Below, one piece after another: positions 39,587 through 48,438 of a stretch of 58,524 bases of DNA (the first letter of the stretch is position 1; every line of letters starts with the position of its first letter). Origin of the DNA: Anaerolineales bacterium (lineage in GTDB: Bacteria > Chloroflexota > Anaerolineae > Anaerolineales > UBA11657). The stretch covers positions 1-58,524 of the forward strand of contig JAKUPR010000007.1 in NCBI GenBank assembly GCA_022450585.1. The letters are read 5' to 3'. Under the pieces are notes generated by a model. The model saw nothing but the letters and a program-made list of their open reading frames with translations. It was not told the DNA's origin and did no database searches. The translations under genes were made by a program, and so were the position numbers.

Positions 39587-39634
39587 GTATTCTGGTTAGA
39601 ACATTAACCAATCACTCAAGATTTTACAGTCACG

Positions 39635-39665
39635 ACCGCTAATTCTGATGAGTTGGCGGTTTTCT
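39635..39665 (+). terminator. Intrinsic terminator after rplY
   Basis: accgctaattc-tgat-gagttggcggt stem with G-U pairs, followed by a T-run. Confidence 0.65.
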
Positions 39666-39680
39666 ATATGTGTAAACGAG

Positions 39681-40262
39681 TCATCTCATTTCTGCTTTCT
39701 CGAGAAGTGCCAGCGTTATGCGGGCGCTTGCCCCCCATATGACGTGTCTGTCGTATGGTAGGAAATAGAAAGCCGATTGTGTCGTTCCGTCACGTGGGTC
39801 AGTGTAAGGATGTTTGGTCAGGTTTTTTGGGTTAGCCAGCCATTTTAGGGGTACGGGGAAAATCGCTTCTATCTCCCGGCAATTGAATTGGAATGGGTAT
39901 GCCTGTGGAATTATGGCTACTACTGGTGTAATGTGCCATCCCGTGACTGTGCTGCAAGGTGACAGGCATCCTAGTACTGTGGCATCATCTGGGCACAGGC
40001 CGATTTCTTCATGCGCTTCCCGCAGAGCAGTGTCGGTGCGCGTCCTATCATTTTCCTCAACCGCGCCTCCCGGGAATGCGACTTGACCTTTGTGTTCTCT
40101 CACGGTTTTTGTGCGCCGAGTTAATAGCAGATGCCATTTTTCCGATTCATCCCACAGAGCAAGAAGTACAGCTGCACATCGTTCTCCGTCCGTTGATTGA
40201 GAGCAATGATCGGGCGGATGTAGACGGCTACGTAAAACCTCGGGCAGGTTGGGATGTATCAT
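39681..40262 (-). CDS. Nudix hydrolase, CoA pyrophosphatase family
   Basis: AAVL, LLT.R......H.GQVAFPGG, ALREA.EEIG, IWGASA. Confidence 0.9.
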   Translation of the reverse strand: MIHPNLPEVLRSRLHPPDHCSQSTDGERCAAVLLALWDESEKWHLLLTRRTKTVREHKGQVAFPGGAVEENDRTRTDTALREAHEEIGLCPDDATVLGCLSPCSTVTGWHITPVVAIIPQAYPFQFNCREIEAIFPVPLKWLANPKNLTKHPYTDPRDGTTQSAFYFLPYDRHVIWGASARITLALLEKAEMR

Positions 40263-41059
40263 ATATTAGAGTCCTGCTGAAGTTCCTCGGTATGCAGCGC
40301 ACGAGAGAATACGAGGTAGCCGGTGTGCGCGACCATTCTGTCGCTTGGTCTGAACCGTGCCACTACAGTTTTGTAATTGCGCAACATCACCTCAACTACT
40401 TCGGTCATCCCGAATGAATGGAGTTTTAACTCGGCAATCAGGGAGATTACTTGATTGGTGGTTGGCAGCAGTGTGCCGAAAAAGCCTCCTCCGCGCAGCG
40501 CGTGGTGCACTTGTGACAAGTAATCCCACGGATTGGGTACGTCCAGAAATAGTGCAGGGATATCGCGTTCGTCAAATCCTTCCTTGATATCGCGTGTTTT
40601 TAGGTTGACACGTGTGGACAAGCCTACCAGTTCTAGGTTGTTCAGAGCGACATTCTGCATATCGGCACGCGAATCATAGGAGTGCACGAGGCCACTTGGC
40701 CCAACCGCACGGGCCAGAGCTATAGTTAACGCGCCGCTACCGGTTCCAGCTTCAATCACTTCTTGACCTGACTCGATTGAAAGTTTTAGTAGAATCAATC
40801 CTATGTCTTTGGGAAAAATAATCTGAGACCGGCGTTTGAGCGTGCGTGTGATTTCTGCTGCAGAAGGGGTTAGTAGAAGGAAGTCAGTGCCAAGATGGGA
40901 GTGTACGATACTTCCGAAAGGATGCCCTACAAGATCCACGTGATTAATGAATCCATTGTGGGTTTCAAGCCTATTTTCGGGTTGAATGCGGAGTAGAAAT
41001 GATTTCAAGTCGCGCATGCTTACTAGCTGGACTAGATCACCGATCTCCGCTGAGTGCAT
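40259..41059 (-). CDS. trmI: tRNA (adenine(58)-N1)-methyltransferase (TrmI/GCD14)
   Basis: R.SQII.PKD, EAGTGSGALT, LD.P.PW, RP..RMVAHTGYL. Confidence 0.92.
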   Translation of the reverse strand: MHSAEIGDLVQLVSMRDLKSFLLRIQPENRLETHNGFINHVDLVGHPFGSIVHSHLGTDFLLLTPSAAEITRTLKRRSQIIFPKDIGLILLKLSIESGQEVIEAGTGSGALTIALARAVGPSGLVHSYDSRADMQNVALNNLELVGLSTRVNLKTRDIKEGFDERDIPALFLDVPNPWDYLSQVHHALRGGGFFGTLLPTTNQVISLIAELKLHSFGMTEVVEVMLRNYKTVVARFRPSDRMVAHTGYLVFSRALHTEELQQDSNI

Positions 41060-41172
41060 GGTTACTCTCCGTTCTTTATGGGAGGAGGCATTATACTATA
41101 CTGGCATAACGTAGTTTGCCAACTTGGTTGTAGTACACTCTTGAAGCTGTCTGAGGAGCGACCGTCAACTTC

Positions 41173-42558
41173 ATGCGACTGATATACCGATTTTTGTCGA
41201 CTTTATGTGTGTTGATAGCTGTCAGTTCCGTAGCTGCTGCTCAGAATTCCGAAGGACCTTTTTACGACGTTGAGCCAGGTGATACGCTGTTTTCTATTGC
41301 CAACCAATTTGGATTAACAGTGCAAGCTATTCAGGATACTAATGCAATCACTGATCCATCGATTTTAGCAATTGGGCAGCGGCTGTTGTTGCCGGGTTAT
41401 GATGGTATCGTTGGACTGGTGGGAACCCGCCCACTTCTTCTAGGAGAAAGCATACGTACACTTCCCGTGCAACTAGCAAATGAGCGGAACATTCTGGTGC
41501 AACTAAATCGAATTATCAATCCTGCAGCGCTTTACTTGGGACAGCCTTTGATTCATCTTGAACCTGACGAATTGGGAACTGCGCCCACAGGTGAATTTGT
41601 CATAGCAGGTTTGAAGGATACGATGATTGGACTGGCTTTGCGTGCGGGCACTAGCCCATTTGAACTCAAGCTCATTAATGGTTGGCCCACTAAACGTTTG
41701 CTTTTGGCTGGTGATTTTGTCTACCTACCTGGAGGCAAAATACTAGAGAATCTTCCGACACCATTCAGGCATATTAGCATTGTTCCAGAGCGTCCGGAAC
41801 AGGGTCAGACGGTGGTCCTTAGGGTAATGGGGGAATCCGAAGGCACTGTGACTGGACGATTTGGAGAGGATGAATTAAACTTTTTCGAAACAGAAAATCA
41901 ACATGTAGCACTTTTTGGCATTGATGCTATGGTTACTCCGGGGGTATACCCTCTTGTAATGTCAGTGAGTACAGCGGATGGCGACTCGGCGGCATTGGAA
42001 ATACGAATACCGGTATCAGATGCTGGTTATCAAATGCAGAGCATTGTATTACCGCCAGGGAAAGCACAGCTGCTACTCGATGAGGAAGCGCGCACTTCTG
42101 AAGATGTAGCCATCAAGAGCGCAGCGACAGGTTTTAGCTCGTATGGGCATTGGGATGGAAAATTCCAGTCTCCGATAACGTCAGACTATATCACCACGCA
42201 TTTTGGGTTACGGCGCAGCTACAATGGCGGCCCCTTTCAAACACTTCATGGTGGGGTGGATTTCGGTGCTCCGGAGGGTACACCTATACACGCGCCGGCT
42301 GCCGGAGAGATTGTACTTGCTGAAGAGTTGCGTATACGTGGCAATGCTACCCTGATTGATCATGGATATGGGGTGTATACTGCTTATTGGCATCAGAGCG
42401 AGTTGTCGGTCAGTGTTGGGCAGAAAGTGCAGTCGGGAGAAGTAATCGGCCATGTGGGAGATTCCGGTCTTTCCACCGGTCCGCATTTGCACTGGGAAGT
42501 ATGGGTTAATGGAGTACGGGTGGATCCTTTGGAGTGGCTAGGAGCGAAGATTCCATAA
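41173..42558 (+). CDS. Secreted LysM-domain M23 metallopeptidase
   Basis: Signal peptide; Y.VEPGDTL..IA (LysM); H.G.D, IDHG.G..T.Y.H, STGPHLHWE. Confidence 0.92.
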   Translation: MRLIYRFLSTLCVLIAVSSVAAAQNSEGPFYDVEPGDTLFSIANQFGLTVQAIQDTNAITDPSILAIGQRLLLPGYDGIVGLVGTRPLLLGESIRTLPVQLANERNILVQLNRIINPAALYLGQPLIHLEPDELGTAPTGEFVIAGLKDTMIGLALRAGTSPFELKLINGWPTKRLLLAGDFVYLPGGKILENLPTPFRHISIVPERPEQGQTVVLRVMGESEGTVTGRFGEDELNFFETENQHVALFGIDAMVTPGVYPLVMSVSTADGDSAALEIRIPVSDAGYQMQSIVLPPGKAQLLLDEEARTSEDVAIKSAATGFSSYGHWDGKFQSPITSDYITTHFGLRRSYNGGPFQTLHGGVDFGAPEGTPIHAPAAGEIVLAEELRIRGNATLIDHGYGVYTAYWHQSELSVSVGQKVQSGEVIGHVGDSGLSTGPHLHWEVWVNGVRVDPLEWLGAKIP

Positions 42559-42575
42559 AAAAGGAGTTCTAGAAT

Positions 42576-43703
42576 ATGAATGTTGACGGAAAACATTACT
42601 ATGCTATTTGGATGAAACCTGGTAACCATCGAATCGTCCAAATTATCGACCAGCGTTGGCTGCCGCATAGGTTTGTGGTAGAAGATTTAGCTACGGTGGA
42701 GCAAGCGGCTCGAGCCATCGGCGACATGCATGTACGTGGTGCTCCGCTGATAGGTGTGACTGCGGCTTACGGAATGTATCTAGCTGCTCTCGCTGCGCAA
42801 AATGAATCAGCAGATAACTTTGCTAATCAGATGCGTAAGGCAGCAAAGATGCTGCGCTCGTCTCGTCCGACAGCCATTAATCTTGGATGGGCTTTGGATC
42901 GTCAGCTTGAGCATGTGGGGGTTTCCGGCGGTGATATAGAGGTACAAATTCAATCTTTGCTAAATGAGGCTAGAGCAATTTCGGATGAGGAGTTAGAGGC
43001 CTGCCGTCTTATCGGTGAAAACGGAGTGGGTATCATTGAGTCCATCAGTCAAGAAAAGAATGAAGAGACGGTCAATATTCTTACACACTGTAACGCGGGT
43101 TGGCTAGCGTGTGTCGATTACGGTACTGCCACTGCTCCAATATACTGTGCTCATGATCGTGGGATTAAGGTGCATGTGTGGGTGGATGAGACACGTCCAC
43201 GTAATCAAGGAGCACGCTTAACTGCGTGGGAATTGGGCGAACATGGTGTGGCGCATACAGTCGTAGCGGATAATGTAGGTGGGCATCTGATGCAGCATGG
43301 TTTGGTTGACATGGTAATTACTGGTACTGACCGAACCCTTTATACCGGTGATGTGGCCAACAAAATTGGTACCTACCTGAAGGCCCTTGCTGCACATGAT
43401 AATGGTATACCTTTTTATGTGGCACTACCCTCTTCTACGTTTGACTGGGAGCGCAGCGATGGTGTTACGCAGATTCCTATCGAAGAACGGGATGCATCTG
43501 AGGTGAAGACCATTCGCGGACTTAGTGAGGGTGAAATCCACTCGGTACTGCTAACTCCGGAGGAAAGCCCGGCTGCAAACTTTGCCTTTGATGTGACCCC
43601 CGCTAGGCTAGTGACATCTCTTGTTACCGAACGTGGCATATGTGCGGCCTCCGAGGAGGGCATAAGAGGTCTTTTCCCAGAGCACTTCTTGGAGAAAGTC
43701 TGA
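42576..43703 (+). CDS. mtnA: S-methyl-5-thioribose-1-phosphate isomerase
   Basis: [44 protein letters not shown]. Confidence 0.95.
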   Translation: MNVDGKHYYAIWMKPGNHRIVQIIDQRWLPHRFVVEDLATVEQAARAIGDMHVRGAPLIGVTAAYGMYLAALAAQNESADNFANQMRKAAKMLRSSRPTAINLGWALDRQLEHVGVSGGDIEVQIQSLLNEARAISDEELEACRLIGENGVGIIESISQEKNEETVNILTHCNAGWLACVDYGTATAPIYCAHDRGIKVHVWVDETRPRNQGARLTAWELGEHGVAHTVVADNVGGHLMQHGLVDMVITGTDRTLYTGDVANKIGTYLKALAAHDNGIPFYVALPSSTFDWERSDGVTQIPIEERDASEVKTIRGLSEGEIHSVLLTPEESPAANFAFDVTPARLVTSLVTERGICAASEEGIRGLFPEHFLEKV

Positions 43704-43909
43704 AGCATGAGCAACAAGGATATAAATCATGTTGGGAGATAAATAAGCATTTCGTTTCTGTAGATGCTTACGTTCTGTCGATGGTGCAGATAATTATCTA
43801 CATTCTCGGTTACCGAATCTCATCTGATAAATGTCAGACTACAGCGTTGGAATAGACTATGGATTTGATGGGAGTGAGCCAGATTATAGACTAATGTTGG
43901 CAGGTAAAT

Positions 43910-43939
43910 TTGACATTTTCTGGGAACTGAACGTATAAT
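43910..43939 (+). promoter_or_regulatory. Consensus sigma70 promoter for the 43991-46091 operon
   Basis: TTGACA (43910-15), 18 nt, TATAAT (43934-39). Confidence 0.8.
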
Positions 43940-43990
43940 ACGAAAATTCCAAACACTGATTTGCCACGTTCTTAATCCCCTTAATTCCCT

Positions 43991-45601
43991 GTGAAAAAAA
44001 CGCAAAAACGAGTTGTTGCGGATTGGGTCGAGTCATTTTGTCTCCACCCTGATGATTATGATCATCTTGCCGACCGTTTGCTGGAGTCATCGACTCCATG
44101 GAGTAATGAGGAAGTAGCCCTGTCACTCTTAATTTTCAAATTAATGCAGGAGGAAAGGTCGCAAGGAAAAACGCAGCGAGGTAACGGAAATGTGGAAATC
44201 TATCGTCCGGACAAGGGTTATGAACCTGGTCAGGCTCTGCGTTTCCCGGTGCTTGAAGATATTGAAGGCAAGGTAATTTCGGTACGTAAAGGCTTTAACT
44301 GGACAGATGGAGAATTCCGAGTAATTGTGGTTTCCTGTGATGATAACTGTACCCGTGAGTTTGCAAGTATGTTGCCGAAGCATGCCCTCAGCACCGATGA
44401 TTTAGGCTTGTCTGGAATCGAAGGACAAACTGTCGATGAATTTGCACGGTTTTTACTGCGTGAACACGGCACCCATTTGTGGGGTCAGATTAAGAAAGAC
44501 TTGATCTCGCGCGGAGAGATTGTATGTTTAGCTGGGTACTGGTTTCCACGTGATTTGTTGGTTGAGATAAGTAGTGGCCACTTGAACTTGGTAGAAGCAA
44601 TCCTAGATGTATCCGCCGGTGGCCCGCTTACACCAGAGGAGATTCTACAACAGCTGGGGGTTAGGGCAGACGGGGACCGTCAGTTAATGATCTTCTCTCT
44701 CAATTATGCACTTCAGCAGGATCAGCGTTTTGACGAGGTAGGTCCTTCAGGGAGCGTACTATGGTTCTTGCGTAGCATGGAACCTACTGAAATTATCTTT
44801 CCTCCTGAGCGACTGCGCTGTCAGCCTGTGGTACCGGATGTTCATTTGCTCTCGCCTGATTTAGAGCAACTGGCGTTGCATTTGCATGACGAATTTAGTC
44901 CAGAAAACGAGTCTTATGGTGCCGAAGGACCGGTGGAGATGGTTCTCTCTTATCCTCATCGGTGCACTGGAACATTGCCGCTGGGTGCGAACACGGCACA
45001 TATTTTTCCAGAGGCGCAAATATCGCCGCGAATTAAGATCACGATTCGTGATGCTCTGTCTGGAGATCAGCTGCCGGGATGGGTGGTGCAGCATGAGAGA
45101 TTTGTCTCTGGTCTTGGCCCACTGTATGAGAAATATGAAGTTCCAGCTGGTGCTCGTATTACGCTCCTTCCGTGCGCTGCCTCGAGTGAGGTGTTGGTAC
45201 AAATAGACCTGCGCAAATCAGTTCGAGAGTGGGTCCTCACTGCGTCGGCAGTGGATGATAAACTGCGCTTTCGTATGAGTAAACGCTTGGTCGGTGTACA
45301 TTATGCGGAAGAGCAAATTATTGCAGTGGATGACGTAGAGGACGTTGAGGCAGTCTGGGAGCGGCTGCATAAGAATAGGGTCGCTCTAGAGCATACTGTG
45401 CTTGAAGTATTCCGTGAACTAGTCCAACTTACCCCGCAGGGGGCTGTGCATGCGAAGACTCTATATAGTGCTGTCAATGTGGCACGCCGTACCCCTCCAG
45501 AGCCTGTTTTTGGAGAGCTTTTGAAGCGCTCTTATTACCGGCACGTTGGTGAAGCTTATTGGACACATGATTCAGATAGTGAGGATCGTTACACCGATTA
45601 A
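43991..45601 (+). CDS. Hypothetical multidomain protein with predicted nucleic-acid/RNAP-interacting modules
   Basis: 536-aa clean ORF behind a consensus promoter. Tudor-like, winged-helix and B3-like segments recognised by eye. Confidence 0.75.
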   Translation: MKKTQKRVVADWVESFCLHPDDYDHLADRLLESSTPWSNEEVALSLLIFKLMQEERSQGKTQRGNGNVEIYRPDKGYEPGQALRFPVLEDIEGKVISVRKGFNWTDGEFRVIVVSCDDNCTREFASMLPKHALSTDDLGLSGIEGQTVDEFARFLLREHGTHLWGQIKKDLISRGEIVCLAGYWFPRDLLVEISSGHLNLVEAILDVSAGGPLTPEEILQQLGVRADGDRQLMIFSLNYALQQDQRFDEVGPSGSVLWFLRSMEPTEIIFPPERLRCQPVVPDVHLLSPDLEQLALHLHDEFSPENESYGAEGPVEMVLSYPHRCTGTLPLGANTAHIFPEAQISPRIKITIRDALSGDQLPGWVVQHERFVSGLGPLYEKYEVPAGARITLLPCAASSEVLVQIDLRKSVREWVLTASAVDDKLRFRMSKRLVGVHYAEEQIIAVDDVEDVEAVWERLHKNRVALEHTVLEVFRELVQLTPQGAVHAKTLYSAVNVARRTPPEPVFGELLKRSYYRHVGEAYWTHDSDSEDRYTD

Positions 45602-45611
45602 TTAATTCTCT

Positions 45612-46091
45612 ATGACTGAAGCATCATCTATTACATCTGTCTTGTCTACTGCACTGCGGATGAAAATGGACACGCCATTCCATATAGATTTCGACTGGTG
45701 GGAACATCAGAGGCGGGAATATGTATTCTATATGCGCAGCCATTTGTGCGAAGAGCATCAGTACAAGTTTGTGTCAGAGGAAGATGATGATGACCAGATG
45801 TTGGACTGGGTGGATTCGCGTACAGGGCAGGTGTGTCGCCTCGATTACCTGCATTACACGCTACGCACCCATTGTGCTATCCATCCGGAATTCTTGACTA
45901 AGCGTGCCTCACTGGTTGATGTAATTTTCCGCCTTTTCATTGCGAATGGCAATCAGCCACTAACGGTGACAGAACTGGCATTGCGCATTGGTCGTGAAGG
46001 TCAGGAAAAGACCATTTTTCGTACTCTCGCGGACGAGAGCTTGAGCAAGGGACTGCGTCCAGTGCAGTCAGGTAGCGGTACTAATGTGTGA
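45612..46091 (+). CDS. Hypothetical protein with Cys/His cluster and C-terminal winged helix
   Basis: 10 nt downstream of the previous gene. DTPFHIDFDWW, HLCEEH...HC, SLVDVIFR.F.ANGN.PLT..ELA..IGR. Confidence 0.75.
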   Translation: MTEASSITSVLSTALRMKMDTPFHIDFDWWEHQRREYVFYMRSHLCEEHQYKFVSEEDDDDQMLDWVDSRTGQVCRLDYLHYTLRTHCAIHPEFLTKRASLVDVIFRLFIANGNQPLTVTELALRIGREGQEKTIFRTLADESLSKGLRPVQSGSGTNV

Positions 46092-46354
46092 GCAGGATCA
46101 AAGATAAATCTAGATTATTAGCGACGATTCGATTGCGGTTATGTGATGAGTCACCATCTTAGCAGCAGAGTTTATGACGTGTCGTGATATAATTCACAAT
46201 GTATTAAGGGTGTCTTGGCGAGACCTTAGCGCGTTGTACTCCGGCACTGTGGCAGAGTCCTAATATCCCTTGCCTGATGATTGTCATTTTTGGCTTACGC
46301 CTTACAGATTGCGGTGATCATCTTGATAAAGAGCTAAGGAAGGAACAAAGCAAA

Positions 46355-46774
46355 ATGAATCTGTTGTTGTGGGTCCTGCAAGTAATTTTTGGAATCTATT
46401 TTTTCATTGTGGGAATTCTCCATTTCGTTATGCTCGTTATGCCGCCGAGATTGCCCGCTGCTATGGATTGGATGTACGACCTGTCTCCTGGACTACACTA
46501 CTTTAGTGGAGCGGCCGAGATTTTGGGAGGACTAGGGCTAATATTACCCGGAATCACTAGAATTCAGACCCGGCTTACTTCGTTAGCTGCTGTTGGCCTT
46601 GCGATAGTCATGGTCGGAGCAATCTTTTGGCATGCTCAGCGAGGTGAATTTCAAAACTTAGGACTGAACTTCATCCTTGGTGCACTAGCCTGCTTTATTG
46701 CTTATGGTCGCTGGAAAATACAACCACTCGCTGCTCGTGATACTCGTGATACTCGTGATACTCGTGATATATGA
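46355..46774 (+). CDS. DoxX-like family membrane protein
   Basis: LW.LQ......F...G..H, G.AEILGG.GLILP, LAA.GL..VM.GA...H. SD aaggaagg before ATG 46355. Confidence 0.85.
   Translation: MNLLLWVLQVIFGIYFFIVGILHFVMLVMPPRLPAAMDWMYDLSPGLHYFSGAAEILGGLGLILPGITRIQTRLTSLAAVGLAIVMVGAIFWHAQRGEFQNLGLNFILGALACFIAYGRWKIQPLAARDTRDTRDTRDI
46734..46769 (+). repeat. 9-bp perfect tandem repeat (ctcgtgata)x4 encoding the RDT-RDT-RDT-RD tail
   Basis: Directly visible. Confidence 0.95.
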
Positions 46775-46891
46775 ATGGATCATTGATAGATTATCAGAAG
46801 AGAATTTGCAAGTAAGACAAGGGGATAATATCATTGGTATCTCTAGTCTCAAAAGAGGGAGAAGCTTCAAGACAGACATGGAAATTTCATT

Positions 46892-48190
46892 GTGAATCTT
46901 TACGCAGACCGAACCTTTCGGATTGACACAGAAAACGCATTCAAAATCGGGACGCACGTCGCAGGTGTGGAACAGAAATTTGGGGATGTTGTAAAACTCA
47001 CTCTTGGTGAACCGGATTTTCCCGTACCGATACACATAAAGGATGAGATCAAGCGCCAGCTCGATTTAGACAACACTCATTACTGTGACCCTAAGGGTGT
47101 ACTAAGTTTGCGGCAGGCAATTGCCCACCAAGTGAGTGCCACGCGGGGATTGGACGTTAATCCCGAGAGGGTTGTCGTATTTCCTGGTGGTAAACCACCT
47201 ATAGGGTTTGTTCAACAGGTTTATTGCAATCCTGGAAACGAGGTGATCTATCCAAGTCCTGGATTCCCGATTTATGAGTCCTTTATCTCCTATGTCGATG
47301 GAGTGCCCGTGCCATTACACTTGGACGAATCCTCCAATTTTACTTTCTCATCCGATCAGCTTTCGCAACTGATTTCACCTAGTACCAAGCTGATCTATCT
47401 CAATTCTCCTTCAAACCCGACAGGTGGCGTAGTATCACCAGAACAGCTGGAAGCCATCGCAGCGACTATCCTGGATCAATGTCCTGCGGAGGTCAGAGTG
47501 TATTCAGACGAAATCTATGAAAACATTATGTTTGATAATAATAAGCATCATTCAATTGCATCCTTGCCAGGGATGGAAAGTCGCACAATCATTGCCAGCG
47601 GATTTTCAAAAACATATTCTTGGACAGGCGGTCGAATTGGGTATGCAGTTTTTCCGACTGAATCGGAAGCAGATGTCTTTAAGAATCTTAATATCAATTA
47701 TTTTTCCTGTGTAACACCGTATAATCAGGAAGCAGCTCGACTTGCATTGGAAAGTCCTTTGTCCGTGCCTGCTGTCAGTAAGATGGTTTCCACTTTTCAA
47801 GAACGCCGAGACGTTATCTGGGAGAGATTGAATCGTATGGACGGAATCACCTGTCAAAAACCTCTTGGTGCTTTCTATCTCTTTCCAAACATAAGCGGAA
47901 TTTGCGAAAACCTTGGCCTCATTGATTATTACCAGGGCATGAGTGCTGCGGATAAGGAACTAACCTCGCCAGCCGGTCTGTTTCAAATGTTCGCCCTTTA
48001 CTGTCACCGCGTGGCTGTTATGGATCGAAAATCTTTTGGTAGGCTAGGTTCGGAGGGTCAACATTATATCCGTTTGTCGATTGCTTCTGATTTGGCAGTG
48101 CTAGAGGATGGCATAGCTCGCTTGAATGACGCTGCGCAAGATAATGAAGGGATAAATCATTTCTTGGATACCCGGCCTGATCTGCAATGA
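46892..48190 (+). CDS. PLP-dependent aminotransferase class I/II
   Basis: GEPDF, NSPSNPTG, SDEIY, SGFSKTYSWTGGRIGY, P.GAFYLFP. Confidence 0.92.
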   Translation: MNLYADRTFRIDTENAFKIGTHVAGVEQKFGDVVKLTLGEPDFPVPIHIKDEIKRQLDLDNTHYCDPKGVLSLRQAIAHQVSATRGLDVNPERVVVFPGGKPPIGFVQQVYCNPGNEVIYPSPGFPIYESFISYVDGVPVPLHLDESSNFTFSSDQLSQLISPSTKLIYLNSPSNPTGGVVSPEQLEAIAATILDQCPAEVRVYSDEIYENIMFDNNKHHSIASLPGMESRTIIASGFSKTYSWTGGRIGYAVFPTESEADVFKNLNINYFSCVTPYNQEAARLALESPLSVPAVSKMVSTFQERRDVIWERLNRMDGITCQKPLGAFYLFPNISGICENLGLIDYYQGMSAADKELTSPAGLFQMFALYCHRVAVMDRKSFGRLGSEGQHYIRLSIASDLAVLEDGIARLNDAAQDNEGINHFLDTRPDLQ

Positions 48191-48438
48191 CAATGGATAT
48201 AGCAAAAACCCGATATTTCTCTAAGTATCTTGTGGGACAAACATACATGTACTTTGAACATAGAAACATGTTCGGCAAGGGGTAACAGAGTCCTAGTTTA
48301 CTGGTCAGATTCGGTAACGTTCTCTGTTCAGTCTCCAAAGTAGTTACTGTCCCAAGTTTGTGTGCATCTACGTATGTAGAGTAACGTAGTATACTGTGCA
48401 CTTGGTTTATTTCTCGAGGTAACCAAACGGGAATAATT

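Noticed and set aside
46200-46230. Complete yybP-ykoY (Mn2+) riboswitch
   Set aside because: Only the 3' ggcgagacctt string matches; the 5' conserved element and four-way junction are missing.
46734-46769. CRISPR array at this repeat or at 201-254
   Set aside because: These are short contiguous coding repeats with no spacers, and there are no cas genes.
46892-48190. Assigning the aminotransferase as methionine-salvage MtnE because mtnA is nearby
   Set aside because: Three unrelated genes with their own promoters separate them, and the sequence motifs do not define the substrate.
48255-48275. LexA (GAAC-N4-GTTC) box-like string
   Set aside because: Spacing and half-sites do not match the consensus, and the downstream gene is not SOS-related.
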